Shown here: positions 27,173 through 40,699 of the stretch, in pieces
How the letters are laid out: each line of letters starts with the position of its first letter
Position numbering within the stretch: position 1 is the stretch's first letter
Source: Tubiluchus corallicola
Lineage: Eukaryota; Animalia; Priapulida
DNA length: 64,000 nt
Assembly (NCBI GenBank): GCA_030141605.1
Contig: JAQGDQ010001029.1
Location: forward strand, 1-64,000
Reading direction: 5' to 3'
The notes under the pieces: model-generated
The model's database searches: none
What the model was told of the DNA's origin: nothing
What the model saw: only the letters and a program-made list of their open reading frames with translations
Made by a program: the position numbers and the translations under genes

Positions 27173-27615
27173 CACGTTTGCAGAAGCGTGCGCCACCTGT
27201 CCACTGTAATTTCAACTATTTGGTTTCATGAATTGGATAATGTATAATTTAATAGCAAACTTTCATAATAATTGACATCAACGACGGGGGAAAATAAAAT
27301 TTCGTTTCCCAACCTATTTTAATATTCTTTAAAATGAGTTTTCCCTGCATAATTTAACTACCCTAACCCTAGTCCTAATCGTAACCCCAACCCCAACACA
27401 AATCCTAGTCCTAAGCTGATTCACAAACAATTTTTTTTGTGTAGGGAATTGTTTCAAATGATTTGTAATTTGATGTTAAGCATTCTGGAGTTTTGTTTTG
27501 TGTTTTTGAATGTGTCCTTTGTTAGATGCAAAATTTGCTAATGCACTATGTAACTGAAGCATTCGTGCAATAAACATGAATTAAATGATCTGAATCATTC
27601 TGACTTTATAATCCT

Positions 27616-27726
27616 GGGGCCGATTTCAAAAAACCGTCACCAAATTAACGAAGTTCGTTATTACATTCACTTTACTATTAATAACGACGTCATTAAGTTG
27701 GTGACGGCTTTATGAAGCTGAGGCCA
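27616..27726. mobile_element. Short palindromic MITE (PIF/Harbinger-like)
   Basis: GGGGCCGATTTCAAAAAACCGTCACCAA...TTGGTGACGGCTTTATGAAGCTGAGGCC imperfect inverted repeat. Confidence 0.45.
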
Positions 27727-30700
27727 ACTTTCTAAAATTCCAAATTACACAAAGATAATGACAAAACATATGAATCCATTTGCATTTGAAACATATGCAA
27801 TGTAGAGTTAATAAATATACAATTATTTATTTATACAGTATGGTTATACACTAAACCAACAATTTCGTAAATTTGGAAATAACACAAACAACAACTTTTG
27901 ACAGAAAAAATATTTGGATATTTAACATTTCCAATTCGTAAGCTAATTGTGAACTTTCTAAAAACTGTTTGACGATAATCACTTCCCACAAAAATCCTAC
28001 CATATTGGTACAATGGTAGACAATTTATACTACATGCTAAATAAAATTATTTCTATGTACATGCCTCCATATGAAGGAAAATAACATTAATTCATTTATT
28101 AATTACTGAATTAATTCATTTTGAACATAAGAATACAGAAAAAATTGTTCACAGACAAAATACGCTTATAAAAAAGTTACTAAATGATTTTATCAAAAAA
28201 ATTACTGGTGGGAACAGTTAATTGAATATTGATAATTTCTGATACTGAACACTACTGTCAATAATTTGCATTTGGCTTAAAGCACAAGAAAAGCCTTCAT
28301 AAACACAAAGCTTAAAAAATTCGTTTTGAAATTTTATATCACTTACGTATTGTCTTTTTGCAATCAGGACTTCAATCGGTAGGCACGCTGTATAAAACAT
28401 GTCAATTTAAACTCCCGCGAGAGACCGTTAGACGCAGCCATTTTCAGGACTGGTCATTTGAAACACGTTTAGATAACATTTTGTAAAGTTTGAAAAAATA
28501 ATCAGAGCATTCGAAGCGCACAAGTCACTAACCAAGTAAAATTTAAAATTACTGTATCTTGTCAATAAGGTTAAAAATACGTTTTTTGGTTAGTGAGTCA
28601 GCGATATTTTACCAATTGGTGAAAACATTTTAAATAATTAATAATTTTCTTTTCTAGATACATAAGTCTTTCTAGCAGGTAAGCGAAAATCTAAGTAATA
28701 TAGATTTGCACGGAGTCTTTTGAGTAACAGTATTGCGGGAGATTCAAAATGAATCTGACAGTAGTGCGAGTAAAATATACGCATAAAATTGCTATAAAGT
28801 AATATAATTTTTAAGGCGATTTTTCTGAAACCTACTTCAGGTACCCCTTTTCTTGTCCTTTACAGAAGATGACATAACTGCCACCAAAACGTAGGTGGTT
28901 CAAACTACTGGTTCAATTTCAGTCTTTTGGCGTCAATGCAAGCCTGCCATTTTTTCCAACAGACTTAATCGTAATTACGATTAACGTTAAAAAACAGCAA
29001 ATTACTTCAACTTTTAAACTACAAAAAAATCCAATTAAAATCTAATAAGTAAACACCATTGCAAACTTTTTAGTTGGAAGCCTCATTTTCTCCATATAAG
29101 GGCTATTCTTAGACTCACATTTTGAACAACATGTTCTTGCTTTACACGTGGAATGCTTGACCCAAGTTTGATAAATAAAGTACATAAAATTCAGAAGTGA
29201 AAAACATATCACAAACTGTACTCTGCAGTTATAGACTCGTGTAATACGTATGTAATACTTGTGCAAAGGCAGCCATTCTGCACGCATACTAACAAATGAT
29301 GCACCATAGGAAAGACATTCGTTTATATGACAAAAAAAGTTCAAGTTAAAAAAACAATTAATTCATAAAATTCAGATCGAAAACTAATAATTAATTATAT
29401 ACTGAAAAATAATTTAAAATAAGAAACTTCTGTAATAAGATGGAATGTACATTTGAAAAACATTGAAAGCAAAATGCAGTTAACCGTCAGTGGAATGCAA
29501 CTTCATCAAAAGTTTGTTACCCCTATTTCAAACATTTAACTTATCTACCAGAAAAAAGAATACTATACAAAATATAATTTAGCACACCATATATGTATAT
29601 ATACATATATATATATAGTCTAGACTATAAACCTAACATGTACTGTTTTAAATGTCTAACACAGTTAATATAGTCTAACTATATAGCGTCTGCAAATTAG
29701 GCTAAACTTTGTGCTCCACTTGGATTAAACTTAACGTAAGATAGCAGCCATACATCTCGCGTTTATAGCTAACTAGATCTAATGAAAAAAGCGATGTTTA
29801 TAATTTCAATTAACAGGTGGCAGCACAACTTGAATGCCATCAGCATTCAGTTAAATGCAAAATATCTGACGGCAAATAAGTTACGTAAATGTAAGAAACT
29901 TCACAGCAGCTTAGATTTCTTGTATAGCTTCACATCCTGCAAGCCAGTGTCTAGCACTCAATGAAAAGGCTGCTTATGATGCTGACAGTTGTGGGAAGAC
30001 CGTAACCTGTCTCAAGAAAAGATGAATCAGCAGTGTTGTCTTTGTCATATGAGTACGCTCAACGTACATCCCCTGCTAAGCACACACCTTGACCATTGAG
30101 CTATTAGCCTAAATAGGAGTGTAAAAACCAACTTTCATACTTTTTCTTTCTGTTACAGAAACACTTCTCCACAATGAAGACAATCACAAGAAGACAGTTG
30201 TGTGATGCCACCTGGTGATAAACTAACCCAATAGATTTACACACTGCCAAAATTTTTTGTAAATTCCAATCATAAACTCTGGACAAAAATTCAACGGTTA
30301 TAATGATAATTTAATTTATTTCACAAGAAACTCCCACTCGTTGCATCTCACAACATCGTTTGCAATTAATGTAAATTAAAATGCCCACTTACAGACCCGT
30401 GCATGATAAATACGTTATCCACCTCCTACAACGTTCCCAACAGCTTTCAATCAACACAATTGCCAGATGAATTTTTAATGCTTTCCAATACCATCAAGCT
30501 AACTTGCTTTGCAGCAATGGGAGCTGTATTTATGGGTTAGCTGTGAATTAACTTGCCGGGCATGGCATATTAGCATTTTCCGGTAGAAAACTGAACATTT
30601 ACGGCTTTAGTAATCAATTCAAGCAGGCAATTCACCTTCCACAGTTCTCTTAAAATACAATAGAACAGTGTACGGTACAGGGTGTCACTAAACGACTGAC

Positions 30701-31066
30701 CAATGTAGAATATAGGCGAATGTTGCAAATTTTTGGCTAACTTTTTAACTGCTCTTGCATCGTAAACGTGTGCCTAAATCATAAGCAAATTTTCTGGTTT
30801 TTTATCACAAGAAATGTTATAAGCTGCTCAGGAATCACACAGCAACCTCACTGTGCAATAAATACTTCATCTTTATCACAAATTTTCCCTAAATTCAGCA
30901 AAGAATTTTCCCTCCGGAATGAAAAACGTTCAACTAAGCTGTACAAACGATCACATTCAAACTTCAATTTAGAAAGCTCACCCCATTTCAGTTTTAATGC
31001 TCAATCTGATACTAGAATGTTCAATTTAATATTCAGTATCAGAATGTTCAGCATCTTTTCTAACAT

Positions 31067-31412
31067 TCAATTCACAAAGTCGCCCGTTTCATCTGAATGC
31101 CCCTCAGCCCAGTTGCCGGTGACGCATGTGCCCTTACCCCTCCACCAAGTGTTGACGTCTTCGTAAGACTTGTGTAAATCCGTGTGCAACATGGCACACA
31201 GTCGACACCAGAAATATGTGTTGATGAACCTTCCAGTTCCCTTCCATTGGAAATATTCATTATAGAGGTCGTCGTTTTCATCTAGTTTCTTCAGATAGGC
31301 GCCAAGCTCTTTGGGTCCGGCAAAATCGTCCACGTGTATAAATGAGTGGTAGGGGGCAGCACGTTCGTAGTCTTCTTTCTTTGCACCCATCACTATTGGC
31401 ACAATATCGTTC
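31067..31412 (-). CDS. FucTA: Alpha-1,3-fucosyltransferase (GT10, FucTA-like), last coding exon
   Basis: ttttcag|G AAC GAT; NDIVPIVMGA...SFIHVDDF...LYNEYFQWKGTGRFINTYFWCRLCAMLH. Phase-compatible with the upstream exon. Confidence 0.92.
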
Positions 31413-31739
31413 CTGAAAATGAATGGCATTAAATTAGCAAACAAGTACTTATGCGTTTAAGTCTTTCAAATAATACACGTCCCTATGTCACGAACACCAG
31501 CTGAGTTTTTTACAATAAAAGATACTATGGCTAGAGTTAGACTCCTTATCCACATGCCCATCTGCTAACTACATAAGCTCCCACTCAAAACAGAAAAAGG
31601 GAAGAACCGATCAGGTAACATGGGGCAAAGGTAATAAGGAAACGCTACTTACATACAAGAACATTATCATCATCATCAATTTATCAAAGCCCAATAAACA
31701 TGTAATGAGCTTATTGGAGTTTTGACCATAAAAAACAAA

Positions 31740-32000
31740 ATGTAAACCAGTCAGGTTTGCGCTTTGATTTGAATCAGGATCCAGGGACTTTCGGATTACG
31801 AGTCCAACGGTTATGTTACCAAAGTAGACAGCATAAGGGACTAAGTGGTCCGGCGTCACAGCGTTAGTTTTGTAATCCAAGTGTACCTGGTTCAAACCAA
31901 GCTTGGCTCTGACATTTTCACGGTTGCTTCCTTTCGGTCGTCTGGTTTATATATACAACCGGTTTATAAATATATATATAACCAAGGAAGCAACCGTGAA
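31740..32000. repeat. Divergent pair of tRNA(Thr)-like units plus a hairpin (TTCACGGTTGCTTCCTT...AAGGAAGCAACCGTGAA)
   Basis: Minus strand GGACTCGTAATCC...GATTCAAATC; plus strand TTTTGTAATCCAA...GGTTCAAACC. Confidence 0.4.
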
Positions 32001-33838
32001 TATATATATATCGTATAAATTTTAAGTGCAAATTCGGCTAAATTGTATAAATTTTAAGTGTTTCTTTCCTTTTATTATTATCTTTCCCTAATATATATAT
32101 ATATATATATATATCAATTTAGTTAACTGTTAGTTTGGAGATTATAGATATTTTTAATCAACTGTCCTTGACAACTCGACAAATCCGTATTCACTGACTA
32201 TTCACGGAACTTGAATTTATACAATTCAGCCGAACATGCATTATTCTCAGCTGCAAGAATACTCAAGACGCAGATCAATAAGCATTACACCTCAAGGCAG
32301 TAAAGAATGGTTTCATTTCCACAGTTCTTTACTTCACTCAGTCACCTCAAACAAGCCGCAAGGTTGCGCTATTGTTTGCTTGATCGATTGATTCACTTTA
32401 ATAAACTGCTCTTTCTACCGCCTTGCAAGTTGGAAGGCATCAATTAGGTGAAACCGATGCTGGCGTAAAAGCTCTGGACCTCTAATATACCGGAGTTTCG
32501 CCAAATTCAGCTTTTGATTCGCATTCGTGGCAAGACCGAAACCAGTGATGACCACGTGCAAGATTCGCACATTACTGAACAACAGTGCATACATAGTACC
32601 TATATGGGGACGGGGGAATCAGGGCACTGGGGCTGTAGTAGATGTAGCTTGTAAACAGGCTTATAAATAAACACATAACTATGGAATTATTCAGTAAAGG
32701 AGCAAATAAAGCATTGCATTCAATTTCTATGTGTCATTGTGCAGCAAATACTGCATGTACAAGCCCAAAAATGGCCAAAAACTATCTTTTTGATTAAGTT
32801 AACAAACCTATTAAAGAGGTTTTAGTGTATTCTTAACACGATAATTTCTTTTAAAGACGCCCAGTGAACTATTTTGTCAGTCGATGTCGTGAGCTAAACC
32901 AATTTAAATCAACAATTTTTATAGCCCCGTTCCTTTTGTATTTCAGAATCTCTATGGTAGCCATCTTCAAATTAAAATGGCCACTCTCAATGTCCAAATT
33001 CTGGTCTTATCTCTCCCACCAAGTTGGGTAGAGTTGCATAAATAATTTCATTTAATGTCAGAATGTTATCAGTTTTAAGAAAGAGAGAGACACTATTTAC
33101 AATCAGAAAAAGTTTAGCACGAAGTAAGATTACTGCTATTGTTCAACATTGCAGATTGTTTTATCAGGGAATATCAGCGATGATATGATAAAAAATGATT
33201 ATTTGGAAATTGACATTTGAGAAACTAATATGATCGCCATGCTGATTTTGAAAAGAAAATGAAAATACAACTTTTAGGTTAAGACAGATCCTTAGTTTTC
33301 CAAAATGTACAGCAAAGTTCTATAGCTTATCTAAACTCAAAAAAGTTTGAACGCACCTTATTGTTTTGTTTTCATAAATGAAAAAGTTAAACAATTACTT
33401 GTAAATGGCAATAGTTATGGTAATAATAAATTCATTTAGCATCACAAATTCGGTAGTTAAGATGTTAGTGCATATTATATAGATAAATACGAGCAGAGGT
33501 GACGAAACATCATACGGTCACCACAGCAAAGAGCTGTCAGGCAAAATGAATTTGCTCCAATCTTTCGTTTCTGGACAAGCACGTAGCTATTACTAAAGCT
33601 AAATTATAAAAAAAGAACACGCCTCAAGTCACCTATATCTATCTGCGCAAAGGTAAAAAAGACTGGTAACTGTTTAAGTACTGATCTTAAAAAGTTAAAA
33701 ATTGAAACTCATCACAAAAACAAATCAATTATTACGCGAACGTGTTTCAAATCGAAGCTAAAGCCGAGTAAACTGTCACAAACTAGGTTATATTCAACGA
33801 CCACCATCCTGATTCCCTAACATCATCCAGCCAAACGA

Positions 33839-33852
33839 GTTGCTATGGCAAC
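33839..33852. promoter_or_regulatory. RFX X-box motif
   Basis: GTTGCTATGGCAAC matches the X-box consensus and lies in the FucT intron. Function unproven. Confidence 0.4.
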
Positions 33853-34199
33853 CAGCCTGACGGTTAGCATCCCCTGAAGTATGTGACATATTATACTGAC
33901 TAGGACATCTAAGTTGAAATATAAGGCTATAATGATAACCTAATAATGTAGAAGCCTTTGTAATAAGCTGTTAGCGTCATGACGTACGACACGCGAGGCG
34001 CTGTTTTGACAGAAATGCCACTAACTGTGTATAAAAGATGAGCGTCGTTTACAAATTACTGCTAAATGACGAAAATATAACACTTTTCAAAATTCAAACA
34101 TTATTTTGTTGAAATTCAGAGCAGCGAGAAGAGACGCATTTGAAATTATTCACTGATAAAGACAAAATTTTAATATTGAACACAACCTGAACACATGCG

Positions 34200-34563
34200 T
34201 TATAATAACAACAACAACAACAACAACAACAACAATAATAATAATAACAATAATAATAATGACAATGACAATAACAATATTAATAATAACAACAACAACA
34301 ACAACAACAATAATAATAATCTTTATTTAAAGTCGCTTTTAGGATGAACAATTAACATAAGCTTCAAAGGGCTTTTTGACGACTGTAAATAAGAAATTTA
34401 CAACTATGCAACAGAGGCTATTATTATCCCACTTTTACCCTAAATACCACGCGCTAGGCAGGGCAACAGCAGGTACCATCTTTAAAGTCCTTGATATGAC
34501 TCGTATCGAACTCACGACATTCCAGCTGAAAAGAGGACACTTTACCACTAGACTAAACTGTCT
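34200..34563 (-). mobile_element. tRNA-derived SINE (Meta-domain-like), copy C, with (ATT/GTT)n tail
   Basis: Clear homology to 2030-2275 (TAAATACCACGCGCTAGGCAGGGCAACAGCAGGTACC). Microsatellite tail at 34200-34320. Confidence 0.75.
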
Positions 34564-35789
34564 GGAGTCAAGTAAGTCAGTTAGTTAGTGCACTTCCGTC
34601 ACGCATTAGTTAGCTATATTACTAGGTTTTCGCTAGTATTAACTCTATGCTTACACACTTCGCCATGACTGCACCATAATCATTGGAAAATGTTTCTCAC
34701 TATGTACAGTTTTAGCTATAGTAACGGTAGCAATATATTTAATTATGAAATTAATTTAATCTGAAATAATTTAACGAGTTGCTTAACCATATTTTTTCTG
34801 AGTTCTGTAACAATTCAAACTTGCGTGAAATTTTAAAAACGCCAGGACCGTGTCTGTTAACTTTGGCATGCATAACAGCAGTTGACAAACGACCTAATTA
34901 CACGTCCAGCACAATTAGACAAAAGGCACTTAAACTCACTAACTCTCAATTCCAGAACTGCTTAATTGCTCAGGGGAAAGTAGTTTAATAGACTATGCGA
35001 CACAAACAGAAACGTCTGGGTTTGGTAATACACACATGTCAGAGAATTCCACTTTCACTAGATGGTCTAATTCATTAGTTGATTCAAACTGTATTTATTA
35101 GTACAACATTAATTAGAATAAATACATACATGATCATTAAAGGAAGACAGGATATTTTTAATGCTGTTTTTAATACTAACGTGAAATAATTATTATCATA
35201 GAAACCTCTGCGCGGCTAGTTCTTCGCTGTTACACGCATTTTGCCATTTCCTAGTTAGATGGGTACTAGGGCCAGGGCCTGCCTCTACATTACTATAACT
35301 GTTAAAATATATACATTTTACCGGGCTTCAAACTGAGGTAGGATAGGAAAAATCCTCCTCCTCCATGTTTTCCTTTAAATTCTGCACATCTGACTATTAA
35401 AAGTGGATCGCATTTTATAACGTTCTTGAAATTTTACGGTAATCAATTCGCTTTATAATGTGAATCTCGTTAATTTCAGAGCAATGTGTGGATGTGTATG
35501 ACTATGGATAATGTCTTATGTACTGTAATATGCTCTTGAAAAATCAAAAATTATTTACAACAGAAGTCACAGAAAAAAGTTACAACTAATTTTGGCTATG
35601 GTTAGGATTATTTTTTTTCCAGTGACTTTCCCGCGACTTTTCTAACCGGTGTCTCTTTCACCTGTGGCTTTTTTACCTCTGCCTTCTTTACTTGCATTAG
35701 AAACATACACGTAAAGTGTACTATTTGAAACCAGTACGACGAATTTAAATTTATGACAGTACTACTGATTTTATGCTTTCTGCTACGAG

Positions 35790-35825
<36 letters not shown>

Positions 35826-36429
35826 GTTATTATTATTATTTATTAGGCACAAACAATAAATATATACATTTTATACATGAGTAAAAAGTAAACGGTAAAA
35901 TTATATAGCCATGATCAATACGAAGGTTGTGCCTACCACTGTGTGCCATGGATGACAGCAAGGAACTAAATCCTCAAACAGATCACTGCCTGTGATTCAA
36001 AATGTTTATTCATACACCACTGTAATAGCTCTTAATTACATGTCCTTACGTAAGCGATTATGTTATGTTACGTAAGCGAAATAAAGGTTATTTCGTAATT
36101 TGCAATGCACACAGTATTTGTCAATATACACATTAAATCTTGCACAGTATAATTACTCTGCTGCCCGGATATACATGTACTATATTTAATGGTTTAATCA
36201 GGCTGACATAGATTTTAGCTTATATAACTAATGTGCACAAATACAAAAATAAGTAAAATTATATCTACGTTTTCCATTATCTGTCCTCCCCTTCAATGCA
36301 TCAAACAATCGGCAAAGTTGCCAACTCAAAGAGTGTAAAATTGCGATTTCACAGTTAAGCGATTTCAAAAGGAGCCAGCCCTCGAACTCTAAATCAAAAT
36401 CCTGATTAGTGTGGAGCAGACAAAGAACC

Positions 36430-37345
36430 AGTTGGTGAATTCAGACAAACACATTTGCAATTTACAAAGTCTTTGATATCTGAATGTGACTTTGAAAACT
36501 GTGGAAATTAATTTGAAGGTTTTATAGTAACGTATTCCTCCTGTTACTATTAATGGTGAAAGCGTTGAAAGAGTCAGTTCTGTCAAACTACTAGTTGTCA
36601 ACATCTCTGATAACTCTGATACATGGAATGTACATGTTGAAGAAATACACAAAAAAAAGCCTGCAAACGTACTTACTTAACATTTTTAAAGAGAGCAGGC
36701 ATTTCTCAGAAAGATATGATTACTGTTTATTGTACTTTAATAAGACCAGTATTGGAATATGCTTGTCCTGCATGGCATACTTCATTAACATCAGAACAGA
36801 CAAAGTTACTAGAGTCAATTCAAAAATGTATTTTAAAGTTAAATATCCCAGGCACATCTTACATAAATGCTTTGCAGCTATCAAAAACTGAAATTTATCA
36901 GACCGTAGAAATGCATTTTGCATTTTGAAATGACCAACTGAATTTTTTTAAGTCAATCCAAAATCAAGACAGCAGACTACATTATTTATTACCTAAACAC
37001 AACCACCGTTAGCACAATCTTCGTAAACAACTGATGTACCCTTTGCCTCTCTGCTGTACTGAACGTTTTAAAAGTAGTTTTATACCATGCGCACTTTTTA
37101 ATTATCAGTAAGTTCATTACTACAGTGTACACTGTTTTCACGAGATATTATAATAATGGATTTTAATAAGATTAATCTTAACGAAAATTATTGTCTTTTA
37201 AATGCAATTTAAACTTCAGCCTATTTTAATTGATGTTAGATAAAGTCGTTTTAACGTAATGTAATTTAATTGTAATTTTAAACCTCAGTGTATCTTAATT
37301 AATGTAATGTAATTCAACCTTCAGGTTACCAGAGTTTTAATAATA
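36430..37345 (+). mobile_element. Decayed 3' LINE fragment (CR1/Rex1-Babar group)
   Basis: ERVSSVKLL, YCTLIRPVLEYACPAWHTSLT...LESIQK and TERFKSSFIP motifs with frameshifts. AATAAA(CTTTGAA)n tail. Confidence 0.75.
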
Positions 37346-38960
37346 ATAAACTTTGAACTTTGAAAAAAATTGATTTATTTCTTTATACATACTGTACTGC
37401 ATTGTGTGTATTTGGCTTAGCCCTGTTTAAATGGTGAACATTACACAGAGCTCTGTAAATACCTAAAACATTTTAAAGTACATTTGTGTAAAGTGGGTTC
37501 AAAGACCATCAAGGAGACATTTATATTCTAAATACATCCACCTTCCTCCAACTACATAATATAATTTTTTAATACACGAGTAAAGGGCTTAACCAGTCAC
37601 ACGCACCTCAGCTTGTACGGTTGGAGCCTCTAGCTGGAATGTTTAGAGATAACCACTAACCAGTCAATATTCAACCACCACCACTGCTTGCATGATCACA
37701 AAAACCATGTTGCAATAGTACCATCTTAAGATCCCCCTGAGTAGCTGCTGAAACAGCATTTACTAGCGGGTATAGCTAGAACCCTATAAATAATTATCAT
37801 CGGCTGAAGAACATGTTTTTAGTCAAACACGAACCTGTCCGTCAAAAACAAGTCTATAATTTTAGAAGAACATGTTAGAACTTAGTACCAAGTACAAAAT
37901 GCTTTCTGAAGATCTATGCCTCTTGCATCACTCACTGCAAGACAAATGCCAAAAGATAAGAAGACCAAAGCGTCAAAGATTTGTGACAAAGCACTTGAAG
38001 AATGCACGCATGTCGCTGCAGCAATAACTTGTATAGGTATATCAAAATTTGGTGGAACATTACACGGAAAGCTTGCCCAAATCGGGTGGGTGATGCTCCC
38101 AACTTATGGGGACTTTGTCCATTTACTAAGGTAGCAATAAAAGTTTTCCAATATGCACAGCCATCAAAGAAACTAAGGCTAAGAACAGAAATAAGAATTC
38201 CGTGACAAGTAACTACTATATGACGTCACAAAATGATGTCACAACAATGCTCTATTTTATGACTGGTCGTTAGAAAAAGTCCTTTGTTTAAAGTTTGAAA
38301 TTAAAATTTCCGAAAGTCTTAAGGTTAACTGGACGCACTCTTAAAGGATATCTCAAAACAATCAACCCTATCAAATATTGAAAAGGGAACATACTATTTT
38401 TTCAAGCATAGAATGACTTACGTGAAAGAATTATTACCACAGAATGGTAATTTTGCATTCGCACCACATGCATTTCGCCATTCGATAGTTAGATGGTTAC
38501 TAGCACTTGTACCTCAGAAAAGCATTGTAGAAAAAAACAGGTGCTGTACCACACAGTTCAGAGGTGTGCAGGTGTGATGTAGCATACACAATCAAGAGCT
38601 CATATGTGAGCACAGCGGTAAACTTGAAATTTGAATTTTAAACTTAAAAAAATTCAAGTTTTTATACAGTAGTGCTGTACTTCAATTTCGTTTTCGCAAA
38701 CACGTGCAACATGCTCATGGAATATTCTTTCTTTTGAAAATTATGTTCAGTTCTGATGTCATCACTATATGGGCTCACCAGCCATCAAAAAAGTTTTTAA
38801 GTTATTATTTGATTATCAGAAACGCTTTGCCATTATTACAGGCATTGAAATGTATACTTTTTACCGTATTTCAAAATGGGATACGATATGAAAATTCGTC
38901 CTGTTTTCCTTCAAACTAAAAGGTAGCCAACTTATGCATCAATTTCAACAGAAGACTTAC

Positions 38961-39997
38961 CTTAAGCCAGTATCGAAGAATTTCTCTGTGATATAATCAC
39001 GACAGTTAGAGTTTTCAAAAGATAAATAGAATTTGTACTGCTTATTGAGCATCTTAGTGCACTGTTTATGTTGACTTCTCGGACAGCTAAGTGACCCGCA
39101 GCTTCCGTAAATGTCTACGGGAACATGATTTCCTAATTCATTTGCGTACTTTAGACGATCATTTCTGGATCCACAATTTGACACAAACCAAGCAACCATC
39201 TTAGTCTTACCCTCGGCGTAGTCTCTGTTTTGTGGCAATGTTCGCACTTTAGAATCGTAAAGTTCAAACCTTTCATACGGAGTCACAATGTCGGAATCGT
39301 GCCGATAGGTGGCAGTCCAGTTGAAAACATTACTGAATCCGCCTAACCACTGTGAGTGATACGGACACTCTAGCTGATACCAGATCCAAACCTGACTGGA
39401 CGGTCGATGCTGAGACGAAACTGAGCTCGAGCTGAAATAGTTCCGAAACAAGATGGCGTCTGCATTAGCACCGGGATTTTTGTGTTCCGTCAGTTCACAG
39501 GTGTCTATACGACACTTCTGCTGCTGGAATAGCAACCGTCCACTCGGTACGTTCCAAAATCTTAGCCCTGTTTGAACGTAAATGAGCTTGAGTGTTTCGG
39601 GATTGGGCTTTTCCTTGGGAGAATAGTTCAACTGCTCTATGATACGATCACCCGCATCTTGATGTGGCCACAAGGGTAGCTTAGATACCACACTGGAAGC
39701 ATTGCTAAGACATGTAATGTCGTCTGGTACTGGTTTAACCTCATACAAGGTGACCGGGGCACTCGTATTTGGTTGAGAAATCATGTCACGGGGTACCATA
39801 TTTTCCTTTTTGGGTGTAGCTATGTTTTGTGGCGGGTTTTTCAGAAGAACCACTTGATCGCCGCTCCGCATCTCTCTGGCCATCTGCCAAACACTTTCAA
39901 GACTATTGTTTGTCGAAAGCCTCAAATTTAGGAGCAAAACCATGACTAGCACAACACCCCCGAAGATCAAGATTGAACGCCGTACGGAGAACCTCAT
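38961..39997 (-). CDS. FucTA: Alpha-1,3-fucosyltransferase (GT10, FucTA-like), first coding exon (joined protein 460 aa)
   Basis: Type II TM N-terminus, then FNWTATYRHDSDI, VAWFVSNC, VDIYGSCG and YKFYLSFENSNCRDYITEKFF (alpha-1,3-FucT motif). AG|GTAAGT donor at 38961/38960. Confidence 0.93.
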
Positions 39998-40699
39998 GGT
40001 GAGTTAGCGTTCTACACAGCTATCTTCCCATTGAACTTGCTAACACCTCTAGATGTGTGAACTTAAAAAGGGACATCTTGGCAACGGCAAAGAGCTGATG
40101 GAATCCTGGCAGTGATGACGTACACGCTTTCTCTTCCTTACTCATTATCAGTCCTACAAAGGAAGAACAAATTATTAGTACTGCAAAGTTAGCAAAACAT
40201 ATTACCAGTCCAGTAACTTGGATTGAGCACAAAGGTTTGTATCTAGAAGCAACCGCTAGAGTAGAAAGTTAGCAATTCTGCATTTAACCCACGTCAATGC
40301 GGTACTCACTACTGGGCAAATCAGACTTCATTTCGCTTGCAAATTTACTGAATCAAACGCCAGCTATTACACCCTAGTGCTGCAAAGTGAATTCCAGTCT
40401 AATAAACAACGCGCGTGTAATCAAACGATCAATTTAAGCTTAACTACTGGCAAGTGCTAATTAATAATTTATAACTAGCTGAGCTGGGCCAGTAGAGAAT
40501 CGCTCTATTGAGCAAACATGCAGTCAACGATTCTATGTGCAAAGCGTGAGAGCTCATACACATTGAGCAGGAAGGATTCTTAAGTTACAAAGAAAAACTA
40601 ATTATCTGTACGAAGCAACTTATTTTGAACAGTCAGTCTTGGCATGAATAAACTAACTGGCATGTTTGTCTGTCAATAATAATATTAATATATTAATTA